Shown: positions 50,025 through 63,676 of the stretch, one piece after another
Position numbering within the stretch: position 1 is the first letter of the stretch
Layout: each line of letters starts with the position of its first letter
NCBI GenBank assembly: GCA_951406725.2
Contig: OX597839.1
Coordinates: 11,408,001 to 11,472,000, forward strand
DNA: 64,000 nucleotides
Direction of reading: 5' to 3'
Source: Octopus vulgaris
Taxonomy: Eukaryota
The notes under the pieces: generated by a model
What the model was told of the DNA's origin: nothing
The model's database searches: none
Seen by the model: the letters and a program-made list of their open reading frames with translations, nothing else
Position numbers and translations under genes: made by a program

Positions 50025-50434
50025 GGATCTTTTCGGTTTGAACGGCAGTTTTTTCTAGCGGAGCCATATGAAATTGTCACCCATAATTATGACCCTAGTA
50101 TCGATCTATTGCATTTCAATCTGTTTTAGGGTTAGGGGTGGGGGGAAGGGTATCTTTTTTTTCTTCAGAAATGTAAATAAACCCATCTGTTTCTTAAACG
50201 AGGGACATATTCATACGCCACAGAATGTTTTTCACCTCAATAGACGTCATTGATGGGTTGAAATTGCAGAAATTGAAGAAAAAAACAACAAATATCTTAC
50301 AAACTATAGAATTTTCCCAATAAAGCCAAGGGAAAAAGATGTTTTATAAACACATTCTACCAGTATACGAAGTTTAAAATTTTTTAGTTACCTAGAAATT
50401 ATGTTAAAAACTGCCGTTCAAACCGAAAAGATCC
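50025..50434 (+). mobile_element. MITE family D, full length, with perfect 8-bp TSD
   Basis: Perfect 29-bp TIRs; CATTGATG at 50017-50024 and 50435-50442. Confidence 0.92.
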
Positions 50435-52488
50435 CATTGATGTACCTGAGGAAGCATTGGAAACGTATGCGACATTACAAGGCTTGTCGTGATATCTTGA
50501 GGCTTGTGAGTTGCCAAAAGTTATGACTATTGTCCCACATCTTCTCTTGTGACTAATGTATTAGTCACAAGCAGACCTACATACACAAAAGCAGACACCC
50601 CACACACACACAGACACATACGTTAGTATTACTTCCTATATATATTCACTGGTATTATAAACACAAGTGTATGTCTGTACTAGTGCATGTGTGTGTGTGT
50701 GTGTATATATTTCTTTACTACCCACAAGGGGCTAAACATAGAGGGGACAGACAAACGGATTAAGTTGATTACATCGACCCCGCTAAGTTACAGGGACGGA
50801 TTAAGCCGATTACATCGACCCCAGTGTGAAACTGGTACTTTATTTAACGACCCCCGACCCCCGAAAGGATGAAAGGCATAGTCGACCTCCGCGGAATTTG
50901 AACTTTGCCTTTCATCCTGTGTCTGTGTGTATATGTGCCATCACATATTCAAGTCTCAGCTGCGTTAGAGAGTGTGGGCCAGTATTGGACTGTTCAGGCA
51001 TCAATTGTCTACTCTGTAAGCATACTCACACAAATAGTCCTACTTTCCTGAAACACTCCTTATTATATTACCCAGAACTACTTTAAATATCCCAAAACTC
51101 TAAATACAGGATTCATTATCTCTTACACCCCACCCCCTCCTATTTCCTGTTCCTCTCTCTCTTTCTCTCTCCCTCTCCCTCTCCCCCTTCCCTGTGCGCC
51201 TTCTTCCTGTTTTACACCCATTTTCTGGGTGGGATAATTTTGTTCCTTGTACTAATTGTTTTTCCAGCTGTTTGCTCTTCCATATGTTAATCACTCACTC
51301 AACTATGAACTATAGAGTGAAACCTGCTTCATGACATGGTTGTTGTTGTTGCTAACCCTAGGTCGGTCCAACTGGATCATAGATCCAACTAACTGATCTA
51401 TGATCACAGTCTTTCCAGTGATGCCCACTCTGTTCAGTGTGTACTTTGGCTATTGTTTCTCTTATCCCATGCAAGACAGGAAGGGTGTGATTTGAGGGGA
51501 CTGTAACTGCTATTCCTGGCATGTTGAGGGACTACATGAAAGTGTTATTAAACAGCTGGTGAAATAAACCAGGCCCCTTGATATGAAATCAATCTATCAT
51601 CGGTAAGATTAATTCCCTTAAGATCTACATCATGTCCCTCTCACCTAGGTGCCTGGGTCACTGAGGTCATGTAAGGTTACACTTTTGGTGGTTCAGGTTC
51701 AGTCCCACTGCATGGTACCTTGGGCAAGTGTCTCCTAATATAGCCCCAAGCTGACCAAAATCTTATGGGTGGATTTGGTAGACAGAAACTGAAAAGAAGA
51801 CATTGTGTGTGTGTGTGTATATACATATCCACACACACAACAGGCTTAAGTTTCTATTTGACAAATCCACTCGCAAGGCTTTAGTTGGCTTGGGGTTACA
51901 ATAGAAGACACTTGCCCAAGGTGCCACGCAGTGGGACTGAACCCGGAACCATGTAGTTGAGAAGCAAGCTTACCACACCACCACGCCTGCACCTATATAT
52001 ATATATATATAGGTGTGGTATATATATATATATAGGTGCAGGCGTGGTGGTGTGGTATATATCAGTATATATATATATATATATATTGATAACACACACA
52101 CACACACACACACATAGTGGGCACCTTGAATTTCACTCTATTGGTTAACCTGAGACCCTGGTGGTAGCACTCTTGCCTAAAGTGTGTGAGCTGTGAAGAG
52201 AAAAATTTTCAACTACATTGCTCTGTCTGCCCCTTGTTAAATACACAGTCATGTTGTCTCTATAAAAATTCCTACACATGTTTGGCTAAATTACACAAAG
52301 AGCAGACATTCTGACTTCACGTGGGTTGTCTTCGTTTGTAGAGATCACACAGTCACCAGCATTACTCTTTCTGCTGAATGTATTTCCACCCTTGTGGACA
52401 CACCCACTCCACATAGATCTTTTCCCACACCAAAAATATTTTTATATCTTTACTTTCCATTGTGTGTGTGTGTATGTATGTATGTATG

Positions 52489-52529
<41 letters not shown>

Positions 52530-52699
52530 ATTAATTGCCATATCGCAATTCACCTATCGTGACTTTTTAGTTAAGTTTATGTCAATAACTCTGTGGTGTT
52601 GTGTTGCATTTATAATAAAAATGAATATATACAAAGTATAAAAATAATTAAAAAAAATATACTGTACTGTACACACACACACACAAGCATATATGTATA

Positions 52700-53110
52700 C
52701 TCTTTACTCTTTTACTTGTTTCAGTCATTTGACTGCGGCCATGCTGGAGCACCGCCTTTAATCGAGCAACTCGACCCTGGCACTTATTCTTTTCTAAGCC
52801 CAGTACTTATTCTATCGGTCTCTTTTGCCAAACCGCTAAGTGACAGGGACATAAACACACCAGCAGCGGTTGTCAAGCAATGCTAGGAGGACAAACACAG
52901 ACACACAAACACACACACTTATATATATATATATATACATATATACGACGGGCTTCTTTCAGTTTCTGCCTACCAAATCCACTCACAAGGCATTGGTCGG
53001 CCCGGTGCTATAGCAGAAGATACTTGCCCAGGATGCCATGCAGTGGGACTGAACCCAGAACCATGTGGTTGGTAAACAAGCTACTTACCACACAGCCACT
53101 CCTGCACCTT
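52700..53110 (-). mobile_element. Full-length SINE family A copy
   Basis: Reverse complement of the family A unit. Confidence 0.85.
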
Positions 53111-53520
53111 GTATATATACAAGCACATACATTCTTGAGGTACACTCAAATCTATGTTTCTGTGCTCACCTTATCTCAAACCAGTGTTCCTCAACCAGGG
53201 TCCACATGACCCTTGAAGGTCCATATAAGATTTTGTTAAGACTTATCTGCACTAAATTGGTTATACATTTATAAGACACAAAATATTTTAATAATTTTTT
53301 ACAATTCCCAATAATATTTTTTATTATAAAAATACAGTAGGATTTCTTTTTTTAATATATATATATATATGTCTCTATGACTTAGTAGTTCAACAAAAGA
53401 GACTGATAGAATAAGTAAATACTGAGATGAATTCATTTGACTAAAATTCAAGTAATGCCCCAGCATGGTCGCAGTCTAATGACTGAAAACAAATAAAAGA
53501 TGTATCCATATGTATGTGTA

Positions 53521-53555
<35 letters not shown>

Positions 53556-53564
53556 TCTTCTATT

Positions 53565-53911
53565 TGTTATTTGACTGCAGCCATGCTGGAGCACCGCCTT
53601 TTTAGTCGAACAAATCGACCCCAGGACTTATTCTTTGTAAGCTTAGCACTTATTCTAGCAGTCTCTTTTGCCAAACAGCTAAGTTACAGGGGTGTAAACA
53701 CACCAACATCAGTCGTCAAGTGATGATGGGGGGACAAATACACAAACACACACACAACAGGCTTCTTTCATTTTCCGCCTACCATTCACATGGCTTTGGT
53801 CGGCCCGAGGCTGTAGTAGAAGACACTTGCCGAAGATGCCACGCAGTGGGACTGAACCCGGAACCATGTGGTTGGTAAACAAGCAACATACCACACACCT
53901 ACTCTTTCGCC

Positions 53912-53912
<1 letters not shown>
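53565..53912 (-). mobile_element. SINE family A copy
   Basis: Reverse complement of the family A unit. Confidence 0.8.
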
Positions 53913-53965
<53 letters not shown>

Positions 53966-54037
53966 CATATATATATATATAAACACGTTTATGTGTACAT
54001 GTATAAAATATATATCTATGTACACATATATAGGTAT

Positions 54038-54088
<51 letters not shown>

Positions 54089-54288
54089 TGTGTGTGTATA
54101 TGTATATATCTTTGTGTGTAATATATATATATATATTTTTCTTTACTACCCACAAGGGGCTAAACACAGAGGGGACAAACAAGGACAGACAAACGGATTA
54201 AGTCGATTACATCGACCCCAACGCGTAACTGGTACTTATTTCAATCGACCCCGATACACGTGTGTGTATATGTATATATCTCTGTGTG

Positions 54289-54363
<75 letters not shown>

Positions 54364-54849
54364 AAAACCCTTCTCTCCCACCCCTAACTCTAACAAAAAC
54401 CCTGACACTAACCCCCCATATATATAAAAAAAAACACTTCCTTGAAATGTATCCGGTACCTATACCGAAGTTACGCCATATATATATATATATATATTTA
54501 TATGGACACTGACAGTGGTGAATAAGGGAAACAAGGTGTGTGTGTGTGTGTACTTTTTTTTCGTATTTTCTCTGCTCTATTTCTTCCTGACCGGGGTTAT
54601 CTCCCTTCCACTTTGTTCTGCTCGCTGCTTTTCCTGCTTCCCTTCTAATATATTCCACTATTGATCTCCGCACTCCGTTTCGGCTTCGTATCGCTGCTTA
54701 TCTGCACCACTGCCTGCTCGCTATCACCAAACTAATGATGTCTGTCTGTCTCTCTCTCTCTCTCTCTCCAAATATATATATATATATACACCGGTGAAGA
54801 ATGTAGCCAGGAAATAGCACCGATGTGTGTGTATGCTTCTTTTGTTTTC

Positions 54850-55255
54850 CACATGTGTGTGTGTGTGTGTGTGTGCATTGTCTGGCTAAGCTTCTGTGTA
54901 TCTCTGCTTGTGTGTGTGTGTGTCTGTATGTCTGTGCTTGTGTGTTTAATGTGTGTGCCTCTGATTGTGTACGTGTGTGTGTATGTGTCTGCCTGTGCTT
55001 GTGTGTTTGTGTGTATGACTCTGATTGTGAACATGTGTGTGTGTGTGCGCGCGTGTTGTTGCTTGTATGGTGTCTACTTTGTGTGTGTGTATCTGTTTGT
55101 CTGTGCTTGTGTGTCTGTGTGTATAATGTGTATGCCTCTGATTGTGTACGTCTGTGTGTGTGTGTGTGTGTTGTTGTTTGTGTGATGTCTACTTTGTGTC
55201 TGTATGTGTGTGTGTGTGCACTCGTGTGTATGTGTGTGTGTGTGTGTCTGTGTGC
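54850..55255. repeat. (TG)-rich minisatellite with recurring CTCTGATTGTGTACG motif
   Basis: Motif at about 54958, 55018 and 55135. Confidence 0.75.
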
Positions 55256-55538
55256 CATTACATATTCATGCCTCAGTTGCATTAGAAATTTCGGGCCCAG
55301 CACGGGACTGTTCAGGCATCAGTGTCTCACCATCAATGGAAAAGACCCAGTACCATTATAAACGACGGGCACTCTGGACATTCGCCCAGAGATTTCATGG
55401 ATTTAGGGGCCCAATTCGCAGTCAATAATAAATAAATAATCTAGGGCCCTGTGCAGTGATTTGCCTCAAAGCCTATAAATACTAATAATTTTATCCAAGG
55501 TAGACCTTGACATCTGATGTTGATGGATAAAAAGATGA

Positions 55539-55576
<38 letters not shown>

Positions 55577-55834
55577 AGCATGTGTTTCTCTAATTATGAA
55601 TAATGAAAACCAGTGTCTGTTATTTATATTAAATATGCATAGAGTTGGATGCGTACAAAAATAAAACACTGTATATTTTTTTTAAAAATAATCCTCTCTT
55701 CATTCTCTCAAGAATAATGTTTGCTTTTCTTGATTAATAATATGGTGGAATTAACCAAAGAAATAATATATATTTGTGTGTGTTAGCATACACACGTGTG
55801 TTTGTCTGTATGTACATATATATGTATGCATACG

Positions 55835-55877
<43 letters not shown>

Positions 55878-56050
55878 CATCATCATTGAACGTCCGTTTT
55901 CCGTGCTAGCATGGGTTGGACGATTCGACTGAGGACTGGCAAACCAGATGGCTCCACCAGGCTTCAATCTTGATCTGGCAGAGTTTCTACAGCTGGATGC
56001 CCTTCCTAACGCCAACCACTCCGAGAGTGTAGTGGGTGCTTTTTACGTGC
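55878..56050 (-). mobile_element. Family C retroposon 3' end
   Basis: Reverse complement of the family C tail. Confidence 0.75.
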
Positions 56051-56495
56051 CGAATATATACAGGGCATGATTGTGTGGAAAGAAGTTTACTTCCCGACCT
56101 CATGGTTCTGGTTTCAGTCCCACTGTAAGGCACCTTGGGAAAGTGCCTTCTACTATATCCTACCAGTATTAAACGATGATGATGATGATGATGAATGTGT
56201 GTGTGTGAAGGTAAGATCCATAGATCAAGGTGTAGAAAGATAGTGAACTTTGAGCAGTCCACAGAAGGCTTAAAAGAACAACTTTCAGGAACAATAGCTG
56301 TTTATTGATGCAGAAGGTTGTAAATTGTTCCTCTATTCAAGTTCAATTAGCTGAAAAAATTGTTTTATAGCTTACAGATAACAGCAGGGGTTGCTGTGTA
56401 TGCGAATAGAAACCCAAAAGTAGGGAATGGAGGAGATAAAAATCCAAGCTACATGTGTTTCATATCTACTCCATTCCCTAATTTCAGATATACAT

Positions 56496-56903
56496 AGGCG
56501 CAGGAGTGGCTGTGTGGTAAGTAGCTTGCTAACCAACCACATGGTTCGGGGTTCAGTCCCACTGCGTGGCATCTTGAGCAAGTGTCTTCTGCTATAGCCC
56601 CGGGCTGACCAAAGCCTTTTGAGTGGATTTGGTAGACGGAAACTGAAAGAAGCCCGTCGTATATATGTATATATATATGTATGTGCGTGTATATGTTTGT
56701 GTGTCTGTGTTTGTCCCCCCAGCATTGCTTGACAACAGATGCTGGTGTGTTTACGTCCCCGTCACTTAGCGGTTCGGCAAAAGAGACCGATAGAATAAGT
56801 ACTAGGCTTACAAAGAATAAGTCCCGGGGTTGATTTACTCGACTAAAGGCGGTGCTCCAGCATGGCCACAGTCAAATGACTGAAACAAGTAAAAGAGTGA
56901 AGA
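56496..56903 (+). mobile_element. Full-length SINE family A copy
   Basis: Colinear with 2397-2770. Confidence 0.88.
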
Positions 56904-56920
56904 GTATACATATACATTGT

Positions 56921-56953
<33 letters not shown>

Positions 56954-57661
56954 TATACTTTCATAAATATATTCACACTTGCATACAGATGAACACTCTA
57001 GTCTCTAAACACCAGGCAGTGTCTCTTATTATTTCTACTGGGATAGCTTTAGATGTATAACATTATAAAAAAAAAAGCAGCAACACACATGCTCATGCAT
57101 GCATAATCATACACACACACACACACGTTCACATGTGTGTTGAAAGTACTTCAACTTAAATTGACTTGTGTATCTGGCTTTCAGGAAGCACTAACCAGTT
57201 CTAAGTGTTTGTGAGTCTTTCTTTAGAGCCTAAAACAAGCTAATAATTTACCCTTAATGGGTTAACAATTAGAACTGTGTTATCTCTAGTGCCTTGTGTG
57301 GAAATATTTGAAGAGAATTTGTTGATTACAGTAATGGTAAAGTCTACTTAGAAGCCCCAGCATAGTTTGTAAAAAAAAAAAGGGCCATTACTTTACTTCA
57401 ATCTTATAGCATTTACATGTTTCAGTCATTGGACTGTAGCTATGTTGGGGCACCATCTCGAAGGGTTTTTAGTTGAGTGAATTTATTATTCCCAGTAAGT
57501 TATTTTTTTCAAGGTCTGGTTTTCACTTTATCAGTTTATGTGAAACTGCTAAGTTAAAGGGATGTAAACAAGCTGACACCAGTTGTCAAGTGGTGATTGA
57601 CAACCACAAATACAAAGTTACACACACAGACACACACACACGACAAGCTTCTCTCGGTTTC

Positions 57662-57895
57662 TTATTTCTTTACTGCCCACAAGGGGCTACACACAGAGGG
57701 GACAAACAAGGACAGAGAAACGGATTAAGTCGATTATATCGACCCCAGTGTGTAACTGGTACTTATTTAATCAACCCCGAAAGGATGAAAGGAAAAGTCG
57801 ACCTCGGCAGAATTTGAACTCAGAACACATAGCGGTAGACGAAATACCGCTAAGCATTTTGCCCGGCGTGCTAACATTTCTGCTAGCTCGCCACC
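57662..57895 (-). mobile_element. SINE family B nested in an older family A copy (57410-57955)
   Basis: Matches the family B unit; family A sequence on both sides. Confidence 0.8.
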
Positions 57896-58141
57896 TTTCA
57901 GTTTCTGTCTACCAAATCCAAAGCTATAGTAGAAGACATTTACCAAAAGTGCCATAAGTCCAAAACGTTGCTTTTTCAGAAAACAAAAAAATATCTTTGC
58001 ATCTGAAGCAGCTGGAGATACAATAGTTTGACCAAAAGAACCGGCTATTGCAAGCAAAAACAGATATTGAAAAAATCACATTTGACCAAATTTGGACATA
58101 CGACAGTTCAATATAATAGCAACGAGATTTTATATATATAT

Positions 58142-58443
58142 ATCACCGTGACCGACCAGGCTATCAGATGTTGCTACACATCGCTGGTCACAATGCGCTT
58201 CGCATTGTTTTAGCCTTCAAATGACGCCATCACACTGGCTAAGCGAGCAGGTCAACAGAAGAAAGAGTGAGAGAAAGTTGTGGCGAAAGAGTACAGCAGG
58301 GATCACCACCACCCCCTGCCGGAGCCTCGTGGAGCTTTAGGTGTTTTCGTTCAATAAACACACAACGCTCGGTCTGGGAATCGAAACCGCGATCCTACGA
58401 CCGCGAGTCCGCTGCCCTAACCACTAGGCCATTGCGCCTCCAC
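58142..58443 (-). mobile_element. tRNA-headed SINE family N, tail type 2
   Basis: Same head and body as 43623-43929 but a different 3' region; the tail alone recurs at 62195-62305. Confidence 0.8.
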
Positions 58444-59869
58444 ATATATATGTATATATATACACACACATACGCGCGCACACATACACATACATACTCA
58501 CTGTAATGACAGATATTTATTAATCAAATTTGCAAACCCTCCCCTCACTCGAATTCTCTTAGCAGCTTATACAATATCTTCTGTTTAGCAACAAATTACA
58601 TTTGATTCCTTCACTTAAGACGAATTTTCTTTGCTGAGGGTTGAAACTGCGACACCGCCTCGCACTGCCACCACCTCCTCGTGTTAGGCCCTAATGGCAT
58701 AAACATGACGCCGCCTCAGATGACAAACTTTTCCACAGTATGGTTTTCGTGTTGAAGCTATAATTAAAATATTTCAATGTGTAAGTCATCGGATATTTTA
58801 ATGCATTGGTATTAAAAGATTATTATAGAAACTGTTCTCATTTCCTTGCTGCTACGTATTAATATTCGTTATAGGTTCCTTTTAATTAAGCTGAAATTAG
58901 AGAAGCGCCTGAAAATCTGATAGATTAAAAATAATTTTACCTTTTTTGTATATGTGTTTTCATTCATTATTATGGATACTAAAAATATTAGGTGAAGGTT
59001 TAAAAGAAAAGACTTTTCATTTTCTTTCTGCTGTTAAAATTTAAATATAGAAAAATGGAAAAAGAAATTGAAATGAATTAGAGGAATATTTTTGTTGGTA
59101 TGCATACATACATACATGTGTATGTGTGTACATATATATATATATGCGTATCCACACACACAAAAATATTCCACTAATTCATTTCAATTTATATACATAT
59201 ATATATATATATCTGTGTGTGTATTTGTATGTAATTATGTGTGTATATATAAAAGAAAATGAAAGAGGTTTGGTGTTAGCATGAAGTATTTGTATTTGTA
59301 ATTGACTTACTTGTTTGTGTAACATAATAGAGGCACTCACTCCCACAAAGCAGCCAGCCTGGCTGAGATTCCTCTGTGGATTTGCTTGACCTCTTTTTAA
59401 TGGTTTAATTAGAGAAAATGTAACGCCCTTGAAGCTTTCCAGGACCTCTGAGATTGATGGTTGTAGAGGGAGTAATCTTCACACAGGAAACCTGGCTCGA
59501 ATGTTTGCAGCAAAGTAAACTTTGTTGAAAGCTTCAGAACAAAGTCCAAATGAGTATTGATGATGGCGGATTAAACCAGGTGATGCTTTAACCCTTTACT
59601 GTTTAAACCAACCATATCCGGCCCAAATATTCTACCTGTTCTATGTTCAAACTGACCAGATGTGACCTCTCACACCAATCCTACAATGTCATTCTAAAAT
59701 TTCAGTTACCTCATCAAAATCTCAAAGCTACAAGACTTGTGCTAAATTTACTCACAAATTCCAAATTTGCTCACATGGCTTTGGTCGACCTAGGGTTATA
59801 GTAGAAAACACTTGCCCAAGATGCCATACAATTGAACTGAACTGGGAACTATATATGTATATATATATA

Positions 59870-60206
59870 GCAGCCAACTGGCTTCCGTGCCAGTGGCACG
59901 TAAAAGGGCACCATTCGAGCGTGATCGTTACCAACGTCGCCTTACTGGCACCTGTGCTGGTGGTATGTGTAAAAGGATTCGAGCGAGGTCGTTGCCAGTA
60001 CCGCCTGACTGGCCCCCGTGCCGGTGGCACGTAAAAAAACACCCACTACACTCTCGGAGTGGTTGGCGTTAGGAAGGGCATCCAGCGGTAGAAACTCTGC
60101 CAAATCGAGATTGGAGCCTGGTGCAGCCATCTGGTTCGCCAGCCCTCAGTCAAAATCATCCAACCCATGCTAGCATGGAAAGCGGACGTTAAACGATGAT
60201 GATGAT
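59870..60206 (+). mobile_element. Family C retroposon
   Basis: Near-identical to 38428-38768; (GAT)n tail. Confidence 0.8.
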
Positions 60207-61093
60207 ATCAATGTGTCTTTGAGTTTGACCCTCCTCATCGCTTCACAGTCAGTGCTGGTTTGTTTGCATGTTTGTAACTTAGCAGTTTGGCAAAAGGTAA
60301 AAGAAAAGAAGAAACTATATTTAGCCTGCAAATTTGAGGGGTCATTTCGCATTGTATGAGGTGTCTGTTAGGGTTATGAATTACATGGTGCAGTGGCGAT
60401 TTGAGTTAGAATCTAGAGTGGTGTTACGCCTGCTAGAACTGAGAATTGTGTGTTTGCGAATATTTTAGGATTTAATTCAACCACTAAGCAATAAAAAAAA
60501 TGTTACAGAAATCCTAAATATGCAATGCTGAATAAGATGTATACGGGCTTCATTTATGTTGATTTTATAGTCTTTCTGTCAATCAGGCACAGCAAAACGT
60601 ACATACATTAATAAATACGTAATAGATGTATTTTAATAATAATAATAATAATGATCATAATAATATCTCTTTTTCTGAATTTCTATTTATTTTAGTTCAT
60701 ATTTAATGGCTTTATTATTATGAATATGGATTTTTTTATGTGCTTACTCAGTTCTCTGCTAAAAATGCCTCGTTTGCACACAAAGAACTATTTTCATGAT
60801 CTTTGTGATATTATTTCTAGTACAATGTTCATAAACATATTTATGTGAATACATATAGATATATAAACATATATATTTACATTTATTTATATATATATAT
60901 ATATGGACATTTCTGATGGGACTACAGTGGTAGTTGAAAGCGCTTAAAAATGTGTAATTAAATATGTGATTTGAAGATATAATATGTGATATGTAAATAA
61001 ATATATATATTTTTTTTATATATATACAACCATCCAGCATTCAGAACACCTTTTTCTTTCATATGTATGAAATCTGTACATCACCCCCAATAC

Positions 61094-61156
<63 letters not shown>

Positions 61157-61934
61157 TACATACACACACATATGTGTACATTTGTTTTATATGTATGTAT
61201 ATATGCATGCATTTATGTATATATACACAGACATGTAAAATAGTTGACTCATTGCTTTACCTATCACTAATGGATCCCTAAGATAATTCTCTGTTGTGCC
61301 TTCTATGTAAATAAGGTTTGTGTCCAACATTAAGTATTTTTTCCTCCCTATTCAAACATTTCATGCTTGATGAACCCCTAACATAATAGAGGCCCTACTT
61401 CTCTGGGGTTTTGCCGCATACAAGATCAAAAGTCCCTGACATATCAACTTCTCCTTTTCCTGTGTGACTAGGAATAATTTGGATTCATTAGGGAAAGTGG
61501 AAGATACAGGAGGGATGCAGAGATGGGGAAGTAGGGAAAAATTCTTATTTGTCCATAGGTCAAAGGTCACCACAACATGCTGCCTTCAATGAAAGTTGCT
61601 TAGTTGCCTCCTCTGTATTATCATCATCATCATCATATGTTATAGCAGGTGGGGCATTATGATTATCTATGCATAACACATACACACACACAGGAGTGTG
61701 TGTGTGTTAACCATGACAAACAGAAGAAAGTGCACTCAATACTGGTGCTGCAATAGAGTGTAAAATATTCATAATGTATGTTAGAATATTATACCTATTT
61801 CTTTACTATCCACCAGGGACTAAACACAGAGGGGACAAACAAGGACAGACAAATGGATTAAGTTGATTATATCGACTAAGCCACTAAGCCATGCACCTTC
61901 ACATACATATATATATATATACACACACACACAC

Positions 61935-62092
61935 CAGGCTTCTTTCAGTTTCCATGTACCAAATCCACTCACAAGGCTTGGTCGGCCCAAGGCTAGTAGA
62001 AGACATGTGCCCAAGGTGCCACGCAGTGGGACTGAAACCAGAACCATGTAGTTGGGAAGCAAGCTTCTTACCATACAGCCACTCGTGTACCT
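61935..62092 (-). mobile_element. SINE family A 5' half
   Basis: Reverse complement of the family A head and core. Confidence 0.75.
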
Positions 62093-62823
62093 ATGTAAAA
62101 GAAATTTATAGTACCTTTTTTATAATTAAACATTAATTTTTTTTTAAATGTACATGTGTATACTTGTAGAAGTGTATATGTGTATATATTACGTGATCAC
62201 GTAACTGACCAGGCTGTCAGATGTTGCTACACATCACTGGTCACAATGCGCTTCGCAGTGTTTTAGCCTTCAAATGACGCCACCCCACTGGCTAAGCGAG
62301 CAGGCCTGTGTATATATATACACACGTACATACACATACAGGCTTCTTTCAGTTTCTATCTACCAGTTGTATTCAGAACACTTTCATCAAAATGACACTT
62401 GTCCAAGGTGCCATGCTAATGAAACTAAACCCAGAATCCTTTACTACATTACTACTAAAACTTTAACACATGCAAAGTATAAATGGGAGTGATCAGACAA
62501 CACATAGTGAATTGTGTTGAGTGATGTTACAACCGTAGAGAATTGGTTGTCAGAGTATCATACCAAGCATCTTTAACAGTTTTGAATGTCATCAAAGGCA
62601 ATTATGCTACTCAAGCAGTAAGCGTTTCCAAAGGTTGTTACTATTAGTATTTCCATTTATTATATCAAAGAAGGGAAGTAATTATACTTAACTAGAGGGT
62701 CATGGATCTTAGTACACTCCATTCATATGGAACACTACTGACTTAGGAACACATGACTGCAGGCTTTGTCTAACTGAGAAGTCCACCATAAGAGACTGAA
62801 GCATCCATGGATATCCTTCAAAT

Positions 62824-63070
62824 CTGTGTTTCTCAACCATTTCTTTTTTACCTACGGACCCCTTTGATTCGTGTTATACTTAGATGTAACATCCTAGCCA
62901 TCTGATGTTTAAAAATATATATATTTTTATGATTAAAATGTTATTAGGAACTGTATTTAAAAATTTGTAAGATATTTTGTGTATTGTAGAAGTATAATTT
63001 ATTGCAAATAAATTTTAACAACATCTTATATGGACCCAGACGGGCCATGTGGACCACAGTTGAGAATCGC
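62824..63070. mobile_element. Degenerate hAT-like MITE family H
   Basis: CTGTGTTTCTCAAC...GTTGAGAATCGCT ends; reverse orientation relative to 38996. Confidence 0.55.
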
Positions 63071-63256
63071 TTCTTTAAGTGGAAGTCAGATATGTCTGTC
63101 GTCATTGGAGGTGGTTCCTCTTAAAAAGTTTATAGATGTTTAAAATCCCCTAGGCCAGCCAACACAAACACAGCCATTAGATTTAGCCAAGACTCATGGA
63201 GTAGCTGCCTTTGATGTCCCTAGGTTTGGTTTGGGTAAACTGCACTTACAACTCAG

Positions 63257-63676
63257 GGATCTTTTCGGTTTGAACGGCAGTTTTTTCTAGCGGTGTCATA
63301 TGAAATTGTTGCCCATAATTATGACCCTAATATCGATCTATTGCATTTCAGTCTGTTTTAGGGTTAGGGTTAGGGGTGGATGGAAGGGTATCTTTTTTCT
63401 TCAGAAATGTAAATAAACCCAATCTGTTTCTTAAACTAGGGACATATTCATACGGCACAGAATTTTTTTTTTTTACCTCAATAGACGTAACTGATTGGTT
63501 GAAATTGCAGAAATTGAAGAAAAAAACAACAAATATCTTACAAACTATAGAATTTTCTCAATAAAGCCAAGAGAAAAAGATGTTTTATAAACACATTCTA
63601 CAAGTATACGAAGTTTAAAAGTGTTTAGTTACGTGAAAATTATTTTTATAAACTGCCGTTCAAACCGAAAAGATCC
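63257..63676 (+). mobile_element. MITE family D, full length
   Basis: TIRs present; no clear TSD. Confidence 0.88.

Noticed and set aside
59440-59530. Peptide VIFTQETWLE resembling an AP-endonuclease QETWL motif
   Set aside because: It is a single short motif in a short frame, with no other endonuclease motifs nearby.
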